Assembly (NCBI RefSeq): GCF_032191835.1
Contig: NC_083237.1
Coordinates: 24,738,001-24,802,000 of the forward strand
Reading direction: 5' to 3'
Origin: Heteronotia binoei
Taxonomy: Eukaryota
Length of the DNA: 64,000 nt
Shown here: positions 21,860 to 32,800 of the stretch, in pieces
Position numbering within the stretch: position 1 is the stretch's first letter
How the letters are laid out: each line of letters starts with the position of its first letter
Translations under genes and position numbers: made by a program
The notes under the pieces: model-generated
Told to the model about the DNA's origin: nothing
The model's database searches: none
The model's input: only the letters and a program-made list of their open reading frames with translations

Positions 21860-24800
21860 TTGCCTCACGCACTTTTGACAGCCTCACACTGAGCTGTGAC
21901 TGCCCAGCGCAACCTCCTTTCTCTGCCAAATCGATCAATCTGCCTGAGCAATCAATTGCTGGTTAATGACATCTGCGTTTCCTGATCCACAATCAGAAAA
22001 ATAGACAGGCAATCCTAACTCCTGAGAACTCAGAAACATAGGACCAGCAGTGCTCCAGAGGGAGCCAAGGAAAGAGCAGGACGCCAAGTCTCCCTGTTGT
22101 TTATCTGCAAGCCTTCAACCGGTATCAGCAGAACAGGGCAAAAGTTGCCACTGCAAGAGCATCTGGTTGTTGTTTTGTTAGTATCCAGAATGGCTATCAC
22201 ATGTCCAATATTTAGGGCCTAAATATTGAACATATGAAAACCAAGCCATTGATTTCTGCTGTGGTGCGCATGCGGGCTATGCACCTACCACAGCATTTCC
22301 TGCTGCCCAGTTGCTTTGCCCCTCTTCCTCAAAGCGAAGAGTCGTACCTGGATTTCCTCCACTTTTTTAGATCAGGAAAAGCAGACGGAACGTCATCTTC
22401 ATCTCTTCAAGAAGGACCCTTTTGCAAACAATTTTGGGAGGAAGCCTGTGACCTCCTTACATTTTGTGAAAACTCCCAATATTTTATGACTGGACTCAGA
22501 GCTCCCATGGCAGCCGTTCTGCGACTGGTCCCTCCACCGTGGCAGCCATTTTATTACGTTACCCACTGCCAGTTCTCAAAATTGCAAATGGGCCCACAGA
22601 TTTAACAAGGTTGGTTTAGGGCAACATCCTATCAGAGCCTGTCCAAGAGAACAAACAAACAGATCAAACAAACCAATTTGCAGAGCCAGAGGGATGTGTG
22701 AAATTAGTTCACAGCAGAGTTATGAGAGAGAAGGATGTAGAAATGTAAAAAAATCCCCACAAATTACAATGTGGAAGAGTTACATGGATGAAGTGGGGGA
22801 TCGAGGGAGAGGGTGTGAGACAGAAAACTAGTGGGGAAGGAACAGTGAGGAGGTGTAAAAGATTACTGGGAAGGAGCCAGGCTCAAGGTGACACAAAAGA
22901 ACTCATCAAGAAAGCAGAACAAAAGTTGCAAAGGGCAAGAAATAAATCACCCAGTCCTGAGGAAATGAAGGAAACAAATGGGGTGTGTATGTTGTGTTGC
23001 AAAATAAGGTATCAGGTGATAGGGGTACGAACGGACCTACTGCTTCTGAGGCGGGCGAATGAAGGTGTGCATATTGAGCAATGTTCCATTATGCATGGCA
23101 CAGCTGTTTTGTTCTCAGAGAACGAGGGACAGTAATAGGTTTGATTACAAGGCAGCGAACGTCTCTGGGCAAAAAATGCTGAAATGAAATGCGCACCTTG
23201 TAGTCTTTCTGCTCATGTTTCACACGGGCCAGAAAAGGGTTTTGAATCCTCCTCCTTCTTCTGGGGCAACATGAACCATCAGGGATTCAGAAAAGTGAGC
23301 TCTTATCCCATTGGGGGATTCAAAGGCAGAGCGAGGGAAATTATACCCTTGGGTTATGCCCTTCATAGAAGTGAAGAATGAAGTGAAGAAATAAGATTGG
23401 CTCATGATCCTGGGTACTGGGGCCTTCCTTTCAATGTGCATCTTGGCTCATAGGTCTCAGTCATCTCAAACGATTTAATAATTAAAATATTTATATCCTC
23501 CCTTTTCTTGTGGGTTAAGGCAGCTTACAATGCCAAATTATATACAAAAAACCCCAAAGTAAAATTTTATTTGTCCCTCAAGAAATGTCTGAAACAAAAA
23601 AAAAATGTCTGAAAAAAAAAGAAAAAAGAAATGTCTGAAACATTAAAAAAAAAACCACCTTACATATGAAACAACCCTGCTCTTCTAATAGGGGTGCCAA
23701 CTCCAGCCTGGAGATTGTGGGGTTGTGCCTGTAGAGGAGAGAATTGGGGGAGGGATTTCACCTAGCAGTTGTGGTTTACCATAAAGATTGCCCCCTGAAG
23801 CTGCTGTTTCTTTCCAGGAGAACTGATCTCTGTAGTATGGACATCAGTTGTATTTTCAGAATTCCATGCTCCCTTGGAGGTTGGGAACTCTAACTGCTAA
23901 AGATAATACCTCCACCTCCACCTGCTCCAAAAGGTGGGAGCCAGTATAGAAAAATAGGCACCAAAAGATGACAAGCAAGTTACCTTATGTAGGCAGTAGG
24001 TGCGTAAGCACCATTCTGCATACTGCACTATACACCTGTGGGGTGACTTTGCTCTTTGCCATCTTTTTGGTTCCATGTCTACTACAAATCTGACTGGACT
24101 GGTGTAGAAAAATAAAGAGTTTTGGGGATGCACAGAACTGTTAATCAGACACTTTGTAGATAAATTATCACACAGTAATGGGAGACAGAAGGGAACAAAG
24201 ATGTCAATTCTGTCTCGGGATGATGGAACCAGGGTTTTTTTGTTTGTTTGTTTGTTTAGCAGGAACGCAGTTCCAGCTGGCTTGGGCTCAGGGGTGTGTG
24301 GCCTAATATGCAAATGAGTTCCTACCGGGCTTTTCCCACAAAAAACCTTTTGTGAAACAATGGTGATGTCAGGGGGTGTGGCCTAATATGCAAATAAATT
24401 CCTGCTGGGCTTTTTCTACAAGAAAAGCCCTGGATGGAACTGTGGGGCAACTTGAACCACTCCAGTGCAGTTTGTGGAATGATGTTATGCATGTGTTTAA
24501 CTGAGAGTTTTGAATGGGACAAAATGAGCACTACCCCCAATCCTAATTTCCCTAGGGTGCTTGTATTCTTTGCCACATAGCTAGTATGTTGCAAAAGGTG
24601 TGTAGAAATGTGGACTGGAAGAAGTGTTTTTTCCTTGCCAACCAAACTGAACATCTCCAAAGGGGCTCTGAAGCTGTGAATGGGGCAGATCTCCCACCCC
24701 ACGGTTTAGGACCAGGGGAAATATCCCTCAACCCCAACTGTCCTCTCTCTCCCACAGAGACTGAATGGCAAGGCAGATGCTCCCCTCCGGCCTTACACCT

Positions 24801-25049
24801 CATCAGCATATTAAGGGCTTGTGTTTGCCCTCTGCCTTCATTCTTCCAGAGCTCAATGGCAGGTTTACTATTAAAGAAATGAGAATAATGGTATCTGCAA
24901 CCACTTCTGTTTCCAGTGGCTACCCTACACGTGGCCAGCTCTTTTCCTCTGGGAAGTGCAGGCAAAGATTTCGGCCGTATTTTTAACAAGTTGTATTTTG
25001 ATAGCTTTATTATTTCAAAGGATTGCTGCTCGCCCCCAAACTTTACGAC

Positions 25050-25930
25050 TGAAAGGAACAACAATTTTATTTTCCTCTTAACGCCAGTGAAATGCGCGAA
25101 GCAGAAACAGGCTCTCGCCACCTACAAAAACGGTGCCCGCAAAGCGAAGGGATGCCACAGATCGCCCGGCCTTCCGAATTCATCCACGAGTTTCCAGTCG
25201 TCTATAGCCGCTATCTTCCGAAAGCTTTGTTACTCGAAGTGTTAACTAGAGTTTCCGAAAAGAAGCAAAAGGAATACCTTTCAAATAAATTGCCTGGCCC
25301 CTAACCCTTTCCGAAGAGCTACCGAGTTTCTCCGAAGCGGTCCTACGATTTTTCCCGGAGAAACCCGACCATTTCCGAAAGCGAAGCCGAACGCTGACGA
25401 AAGCCTCGCAGATTATCCCATTTTTCTCTACTGCGGAAGCAGGAATCATAGAGACTAAGCTAGACTCGCACCTAATCGTAGTCTCCGTTGTGAGTTCCTG
25501 TAAGAAACTGATGTCTCCCTTGCAAAGAATATGGCTTCGCCATAGAGCTACCGCGGGCTACACCGGCACCTCTCTGCACCTATAGAGAATAATGGCCAAT
25601 AGAAGACCCCCATCTTACCGGATGTTGCGTACGGCTCTAATATTTTTCTGTGTCTCGTCTAGATGAGGGAGGAGTTCGCGGGGAGGGGAGGACCTATAAA
25701 ACCCCCTTGAGTCTTCTGGGCTCCTCCTTTTCCGTTTCCGGCAGCGATAGTGGCAGGAGGTAGGGAAGCGGAGCTCGGCCTCGTGTTTGCGGGAGTGGGG
25801 AGCGAAAGAGACCATTCGGGGGACTGGGTGAGCTGGAGAAGTGAGGAAGGGTACCGGGAGGGTTAGTGGAGGGAAGGATCCCGGAACGTGCAGCCCTAGA
25901 ATAGGGGTGGCGGGGGCCAAAAATCTCTCC
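25050..25930. promoter_or_regulatory. CpG island / RPL28 promoter, probably bidirectional
   Basis: CpG density is markedly higher than in the flanks. TATAAAA at 25695-25701, CCAAT at ~25596, ETS-like CCGGATGT (~25618) and CGGAAG (~25434), and a pyrimidine-tract initiator at ~25721-25733. Confidence 0.85.
25721..25759 (+). other. RPL28: RPL28 non-coding exon 1 with 5' terminal oligopyrimidine (TOP) tract
   Basis: ctcctccttttccgtttcc about 25 nt downstream of TATAAAA, and donor GGAG|gtaggg at 25759. This is typical ribosomal-protein gene architecture; the exact TSS is inferred. Confidence 0.8.
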
Positions 25931-27606
25931 TCGTCCCCAGATTTCTGTGATTTGAAAGATCCCGTTTCAAAATATGTTGCTCCTGATTCTTAAACCTACT
26001 GTGGGTTGAGAGTTAGAACATAAGAAAAGTCAAGAGAGCCAATGGCCCATCCAGTCCAACATCCTGTATCACAAAGTGGCCAAAAAAAAAAATCAGGTGT
26101 CATTAGGAGGTCCACCAGTGGGACCAGGTCACTAGAAGCCCTCCCACTGTGTCTCTCCCCCCCCCCCTCCCAGTACCAAGAATACGGAGCATCACTGCCC
26201 CAGACAGAGAGTTCCAACGATAAGCTGTGGCTAATAGCTGGTCGAGGTGTATTGCTCAATGAGAGGTGGGAAATTAAGTGATTGAAACCTCTCTCCCCCT
26301 CCCTGCGAGTAAGGCTGGGTTAGATAGAAGTCTTTGTTCGTGCCCCGATTCTAGTTCTGTGGAGAGGAGCAGATGCCCTTTATGTTGAAATAAAACCCGG
26401 GGTTTCAGCCATGAAACTAAAATCAGGTTTAGTTTTTCTTTCGTTTTAAATCTCTGGTGCTTTCACACACACTAAATACCTCCCATTCAATGCACTTTGC
26501 GACTGGATTTTACTGTGTGAAATGGCAAAATCCACTTGCAAACAGTTGCTGAAGTAGATTGAAACTGCATAATTTAGCTTGTTTAAAAGTGCCTTTCTTC
26601 AGTTTGCTGGTTAGAGACATTAGCAAGTTGGGTGTGTGTAAGAATCTCTTCCCTGTGCAAGGAAGGGGATAGAGTGCAGAAAACAAACAGAGTCCTGTGG
26701 CATCTGCTTCCAACTATGTGGCCACTGATCTTTTAAAGCCTAATAGTGTACAAGCTGTAACATTGCCCCAATAATAAACTTTTTTTAAAAAAACCCTGTA
26801 AATCTGTTGTAGCAAAAACAGGCAAAGAACAGTTGTTGATACATGTTAAGCTTATGTGCATTGCCTATAACATGAAATGGTAAATGGTTATGTATTCCTT
26901 ATTACCCTTAAGAGGGCTTTTGAGTCACTTAGAGTCATAGAATCATAGAATTCAAAGGGACCTCCAGGATCATCTAGTCCAACCCTCTGCACAATTCAGG
27001 AAATTCACAAATACCTCCCTGCTACACACACACAGTGACCCCTGCTCCAAGCCCAGAAGATGGCAAAAAATATGGATGAGAGTATCTTCTGCACTACACT
27101 GTTGTCCACATTTTGGGATTATGGGGGTATCACTAGTGTATCTTGTCCCTTCTTTCTTGGCCAGTGAGCCTGTTTCCAGTTGTTCTCAACATGAGTTGTG
27201 GGTGGGCAGGCAACAGTGCAGTGGAGAAGTGATAAATATTCACTTACGTTGGCAAGGAATGCATTGTGTAAGTATTGAGCTGAATAGTGATTCACTTAGG
27301 GACTGACCTGTCACTCCTCTATTTGGAAGAATTGCAGCTTTGCTCTCTGTCCGGAAATATGGCTCATTTTGGCAGGAGGTGTGTCTGATTCAGAGATGCT
27401 GGAAAGCTGTTCATCAGGATAAGATCAGTGAAGAAGCAATTAGAGGATGTGGGCAGGGATGTGAAAGGGTGGGGGAGCAGGGTATCAGGGGAAAGCAGAG
27501 GGGATGCAATTAGAGTTTTTAAAGTGACCTGGGTTTAGGTGGGATGCAAGAAATTGGAATATCCAAAAATATTTCTCTTATCTCCTCATCCCTAGGTCTC
27601 TGCAAG

Positions 27607-27687
27607 ATGTCTGCTCATCTGCAATGGATGATTGTGCGCAACTGCTCCAGTTTCCTCATCAAAAGGAACAAGCAAACGTACAGCACG
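27607..27687 (+). CDS. RPL28: 60S ribosomal protein L28 (eL28), coding exon 1 (exon 2 starts 27596)
   Basis: [27 protein letters not shown]; acceptor ccctag|g at 27595 and donor ACG|gtaagc. Confidence 0.98.
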
Positions 27688-27843
27688 GTAAGCCAAAACA
27701 GTCATCTTCTGGATGATAATGGCAGAGCTGATCTTTCCTAAAGGCCTCTGTTGTCTTGAAATTTTCTTCCCTGTTTTTCAGCCCAGCCCTTCCCTCTTCC
27801 TTTTAACTATCAGCCCTGCTAACGATTTCTTTTTCCTTCAAAG

Positions 27844-27967
27844 GAACCCAACAATCTTAAAGCTCGCAACTCTTTCCGCTACAATGGACTGATCCATCGC
27901 AAGACTGTAGGGGTGGAGCCTGCTGCTGATGGGAAAGGAATCGTTGTGGTCCTCAAGAAACGTGCAG
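27844..27967 (+). CDS. RPL28: RPL28 coding exon 2
   Basis: [41 protein letters not shown](G); canonical ag/gt, 124 nt. Confidence 0.98.
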
Positions 27968-28574
27968 GTGGGCTGGCCCAGTAGAATGGATGCTGCTCCC
28001 TGATGGGGATGTACATAAAGGAAGGACAGCAGAGATTTTGATGGGTTCTGTACAGACAATGAGTTACAAATAGCGCAGTTTAGTAGGGAAAGGCAGGCTG
28101 TTGAAAAGACTAGTGGCAAAGAAGCTGCACAGTGTCTCACAGCATGCTTCTAGTTTTTACAGAGAACTGTTTGCATGAACTATTAATAGAGAAATTTGCA
28201 TGAGGGAAGGCCAACAGGGGATGTAAGGGTGGCTGAGCTTTGGGGCTGTTTCTTATCCTTACAAAGCTCAATTTTCCATGAAGTGTACACTTCTGTAAGT
28301 AGGAATCATAAAACAACTACTCAATGCGTGAGCTTAAGCTGCAAGTCTGCAGTTGACAATTTCTCTTACTCTGCTAAGGGTCTATATTGCAAGGAGGTTA
28401 TTAGGACTACTTTTGTATGAAGAGGACTTAAATTACAAATGCCTCAATGCATCCAATTTGCTGTGCATACAGCTGGCTCAGGGAGCATCCTGAAATGAAG
28501 CGACCACATTCTGAGAGATTCTGTGTATCTTTCCTGCTTCTAGAGTTCAGCTTTCCATTTTTTTCCCCTTTCAG

Positions 28575-28693
28575 GTCAGCGGAAACCAGCCACCTCCTAT
28601 GAGAAGATTACGGTCAACAAAAATGCACGTGCCACGCTCAGCAGCCTGCGCCACATCATCCGCAAGAACAATTACCGCAAGGACCTGCGCATG
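28575..28693 (+). CDS. RPL28: RPL28 coding exon 3
   Basis: (G)[39 protein letters not shown]; canonical ag/gt, 119 nt. Confidence 0.98.
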
Positions 28694-28907
28694 GTAGGAG
28701 GCACCATGCCTCTTTCTGTTCTGTAACTGTAGATCTGGAATAATCTGAATAGTTACTGTTAATCTAGTGAGCGCTTAGTGGATCAGGAACATTGTACTTG
28801 GAACAAAATAACTGCCAAGCTTTCAGTCTTTGCAGTTCACAGTATGAAAGGCTCCCTCCTAAAAATCATTGAGCTTTAAGGAGAATGAGGACTGTGATGC
28901 TTTAAGA

Positions 28908-29190
28908 AGATGATGAAGATATTGGATTTATATCCCGCCCTCCACTCCAAAGAGTCTCAGAGCGGCTCACAATCTCCTTTACCTTCCTCCCCCACAACAG
29001 ACACCCTGTGAGGTGGGTGGGGCTAAGAGGGCTCTCCCAGCAGCTGCCCTTTCAAGGACAACCTCTGCCCTGAGCTATGGCTGACCCAAGGCCATGCCAG
29101 CAGGTGCAAGTGGAGGAGTGGGGAATCAAACCTGGTTCTCCCAGATAAGAGTCCGCACACTTAACCACTACACCAAACTGGCTCTCCAAG
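28908..29190 (-). mobile_element. tRNA-derived SINE with L2-type 3' tail (Squam3-like) in RPL28 intron; plus-strand copy at ~37935-38172
   Basis: The minus strand begins with a tRNA-like head (ggtgtagtggttaagtgtgcggactcttatctgggagaaccaggtttgattcccc) and ends gagggcgggatataaatccaatatcttc, sharing its tail with the L2 elements. Confidence 0.75.
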
Positions 29191-29744
29191 GAGGTTCTGC
29201 AGCCTGGTTTGGATGCTTGAAGTGTGAAAGAGTCTCTCCCTTTGCTGTGCTGGGGCAGCCAAATTCCATGTGGCAATGCACAGAACTGCAAAAAGCCTGA
29301 CTGAAGATGGCCAAAGGGGTGTGGCTTAGCCTTGGAGAGAAGAGGGCATTGATCTTGTCAGGGTTCGCTTGAGACCCTGAGGACCATCAATGATTCAGCC
29401 ATAATAGCTGAATGGGACCTCCACCCTTTGGAGGCAGTACATCTGAGTGCCAGTTAGGGGGGCAGGCTGAGGCAGAGCATCAACAGGAGACTGCCTTCAG
29501 TCGGCCTTCTGGGGCATCGGTCAGCCTATCTGTAAAGCAAGCTGGACTGTTGGGCTGATCCAGGAAGACTCGGTAAGGTGGGAGTGGGGGAGACATTGGG
29601 AAAACCCAGGCATGGGAGCTCTTTAGCAAGATAATAATGGCTGAATTTAAGCTCTTGGGCCATCTAGAAATGGTTCTTGGATAAATGTAGATCAGGGCAG
29701 TGAGTCTTTCAGACCCCTGATGGGTTTTTTTTTCTCCCTCACAG

Positions 29745-29834
29745 GCTGCCCTGCGTCGTGCTAGTGCAATTTTGCGCAGCCAGAAGCCAGTGGTGGTGAA
29801 GAAGAAGAGGACCCGGGCTACCAAGACTGCTTAA
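29745..29834 (+). CDS. RPL28: RPL28 coding exon 4 (last)
   Basis: [29 protein letters not shown]. Total CDS is 81+124+119+90 = 414 nt = 137 aa, the expected eL28 length. Confidence 0.98.
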   Translation, partial: AALRRASAILRSQKPVVVKKKRTRATKTA

Positions 29835-29852
29835 AAGAGTTGCCAGATAATC

Positions 29853-29858
29853 CAATAA
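29853..29858 (+). terminator. RPL28: RPL28 polyadenylation signal
   Basis: AATAAA 19 nt after the stop codon, followed by a GT-rich element (ggtgttgtggagtt). Confidence 0.8.
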
Positions 29859-32800
29859 AGGATCAGAACCAGAACACGGTGTTGTGGAGTTAATGTCTTG
29901 CAGATTCTGGGTGCAAGAGGTGGGTGGAGAGGCTCAGAGGGCAAACCTTGAAGGAAGCAGCCCAAAGGTGAGAGCTTGTGGATGGTTGTGTCCCCTGGCA
30001 GCCAACCAGAGAAGGGGAGCCTGATGGTAGGTGCTGCTTTCCAAAATGTTCCCTTGCCAGAAACTGCTGGACCCTCACACAACTGTGAAAGGGGGAGGGG
30101 GGACTGGTGCAGGGTGGAGAAGTAAAGGGGGAAGAGGCAGCCAGGGAGGAAGGATCTCTGCAGTGGGTTCTCCAAGTTGACTGAAGCGTTGGGTAGTCCA
30201 GTCTCCCTGGTGAAGTAATGTTTGAGGACACTCAGGAAGGAAACGTGAAGGGTCATGCCTGAGACTCTGCAAATACACTGACCAGTGTTCCCTCTAAGCT
30301 GCAGAGTCTTGTGAGCAAAAATACTACCTTGTGAGCTACTGGCGTTAAGGTTGAGCTACTGCATAAATTAGTTTGCTCTGGGGCCATTTTTCCTGAGCTA
30401 AGGCAAAAATGTGTGAGCTAGAAGCTAAAAAACTGAGCTAGCTCACTAAGTTTAGGGGGATCACTGACACACCAATCACCACTCAGCACCAAAAAGCCAA
30501 GTTAGCCTTTGATCTGGAGGGTTGTAGATATTTTTTTTTCTTCATGACCTTGATGGCCACAATGGGGTTGTGTGTACATGCCGTTAATACCTCTCTCCAT
30601 ATCCTGGTGTTGCCATCAGTTGCTTGTAACTGTATTTGGCCAAATGAGCAGTAGCCCACAGATATTTTTTTAAATACTCTGGGGATTTAGATTGGTGTAG
30701 CCAAGGCTTTGTCTCTGTGGAGCTGGTTAGTGCAAAGGCAAGGAGGGAGAAGAACATCAGAAAGGTTTTGGCAAGAACTTGAGCCCAGGAATGTGAAAGA
30801 TTCTCAGCAGCCCCAAGTTTTCTTTCTCGATGTCTGGTATCATTTGAGGGAGCCTTTCAGCCCTTGGCTGAATTGCCTTCGCTGAACCAACAGGTGGCAG
30901 TGAAGCGCTGAGGAAAGCGGAAGGTGCTCCAGTCCTCCATCAGTGTGGTGTCTTTCTGGCTCTTGGACAATTGGCTTCACCCCAACCTGCTACCCCCAGC
31001 ATTCCTCTGGATGAAGTACTCAAGCCTGTCCAGCATTTGGGCCACCACCCCTCCCGACCTCTGGCTGAAATTTATGTTAGATCTTATATGTTGTGAGCCG
31101 CCCTGAGCCACTTCGGTGGGAAGGGCGGGATATAAATTGAAATAAACTGAAACTGAAGTGGAGTTAGCCATGTGTGCCAAGCTGGCTTGCTTCCAGAAAC
31201 AGCAGTCTGGTTGCTTTTTTGCAACTGTTTCAGAATAATAAGAGAAGCGAATTCTGTGCAAGCTTGGAAAGGGGATGCCTGGGTGGGAAGGTGCCCTGAC
31301 AAGCTCAGACACCATTTCTTCCACATCTCCAACCCCACCCTGGTCTAGGCAGGGGTGGGCAGTTTTTTGCATGTTGGGTTTGGAGGCTGAGGGCTGAGCA
31401 AAGCAGCAAGCAGTGAAGGGTGAGCTTCCCACTGAGCAGGCTTTTTCGCCACCCTGCAGCAGATGGGGAGGTCAAGAGTAAAACTTGGAGTTAAGCCAGG
31501 CTTTTACCTGCTTCCAGGGAGAAACATTTCATCATCATGTTTTTTCCCCAAGGCACTCAGGCTGGTGAGCAGGGTCTCCTTTCCCCTACCCAATTTTATA
31601 CTTAGAATGGCCATTGAGTTGGTATACGGATGATCTGTGCTATTGTGCATTTTGCTGGTCCCATTTGATACTCGGTGTGCAATGGAGAAGGGCGAAGGTT
31701 AGCAGAGATGAGCACCTGTATTTGTTTCCGTGACAGCTGCCAGGTGCGCCATACAAAATGGATAAGTGGGAGGAGTGGAGGATATAGATCAGGGGTGGCC
31801 AAACTGTGGCTTGGGAGCCACATGTGGCTCTCGAAGCTCCCACTGTCCCATTGGCTGGCTTGGAGAAGACATTTCTCTTTAAATCACTTCTCCAAGCAAA
31901 GCCAATCAGTGTCTTGGAGAATGTATTTAAAGTTCCTTCCTTCCAACATCTGACTTGTTCTCAAACATCTGGCATTTATTCTATGTGGCTCTTATGTTAA
32001 GCAAGTTTGGCCACTATTGATCTAGATGGTTTCCCCACAGAATGTAGAGCTGCCTTTGTCTCCAAGGCCGGCTGAGAGTCCTTTTTCTCTGCCTATCCAC
32101 TTTTCTTCTGTCAGTCTCAATTGGCATCTTGAATTACTAGCAGGGCCAAAGCAAGCTGGTCTGCTACTAAGATCAGGGCACTTGGCAGCCTTCCTGCTAA
32201 CCCCAGAGGGCTATTTGGAGTCACAGACACTTTGACCTGTCCTTTACCTTCTGTCCTCCGGGGTTCCAAAATGGATCTGGCAACCAGGTCTGGGTGAAGG
32301 TTTCCTCTGCTATCAAGTTCTGATACAGTCTGGTGGTTTCACATAACCTCATGCTGGCTAAAGAATTAACCAGCACTGGACACAATTGCTTTGGGCAGAA
32401 AGCAACCCTATCCTGAAGTGTCCCACATTTTTAGCTCTGATTGGTACAGTACCTGTTTCTCATTGCATATCAGTTGCTGATTAAGAAAACAATGGATTTT
32501 GTGTTTATTTAAACCCTGCCTTTTCCCCCCAGTAGAGATGCAAGGTGGCTTGCATAATGTTGCTGGCCTCCCATTGTATCCTCGTAACAACCCTGTGAGG
32601 TGGGTTTGACTGGCCCAAGGTCAGCTAGCAGGCTTCCATGGCTGAGTGGGCATTCAAATCATGGGTCTCCCAGATTCTAGTTGGCATTCTACTCACTGCG
32701 ACTCGCTGGTTGTCTTGAATTCTTTGACGCACAGTGGAGGAGAAAACAGCACAACAGCAGTGCGACAATGAAGGCTCCTAGTAATATGAACACATCTGTG

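Noticed and set aside
23581-23645. Three copies of aaatgtctgaaa separated by A-runs; also 11-bp hairpin caatatttagg-g-cctaaatattg at ~22207-22229
   Set aside because: Short low-complexity slippage products with no supporting context.
24552-25121. 189-aa minus-strand ORF next to the RPL28 promoter
   Set aside because: GTG start, no recognisable motif, and it contains internal splice-like signals. At most parts of it are exonic.
27228-27306. Box C/D snoRNA candidate in RPL28 intron 1 (GTGATAA...CTGA...GTGATTC...CTGA)
   Set aside because: The C box is imperfect, there is no terminal stem adjacent to the boxes, C'-D spacing is short, and I recognise no rRNA complementarity.
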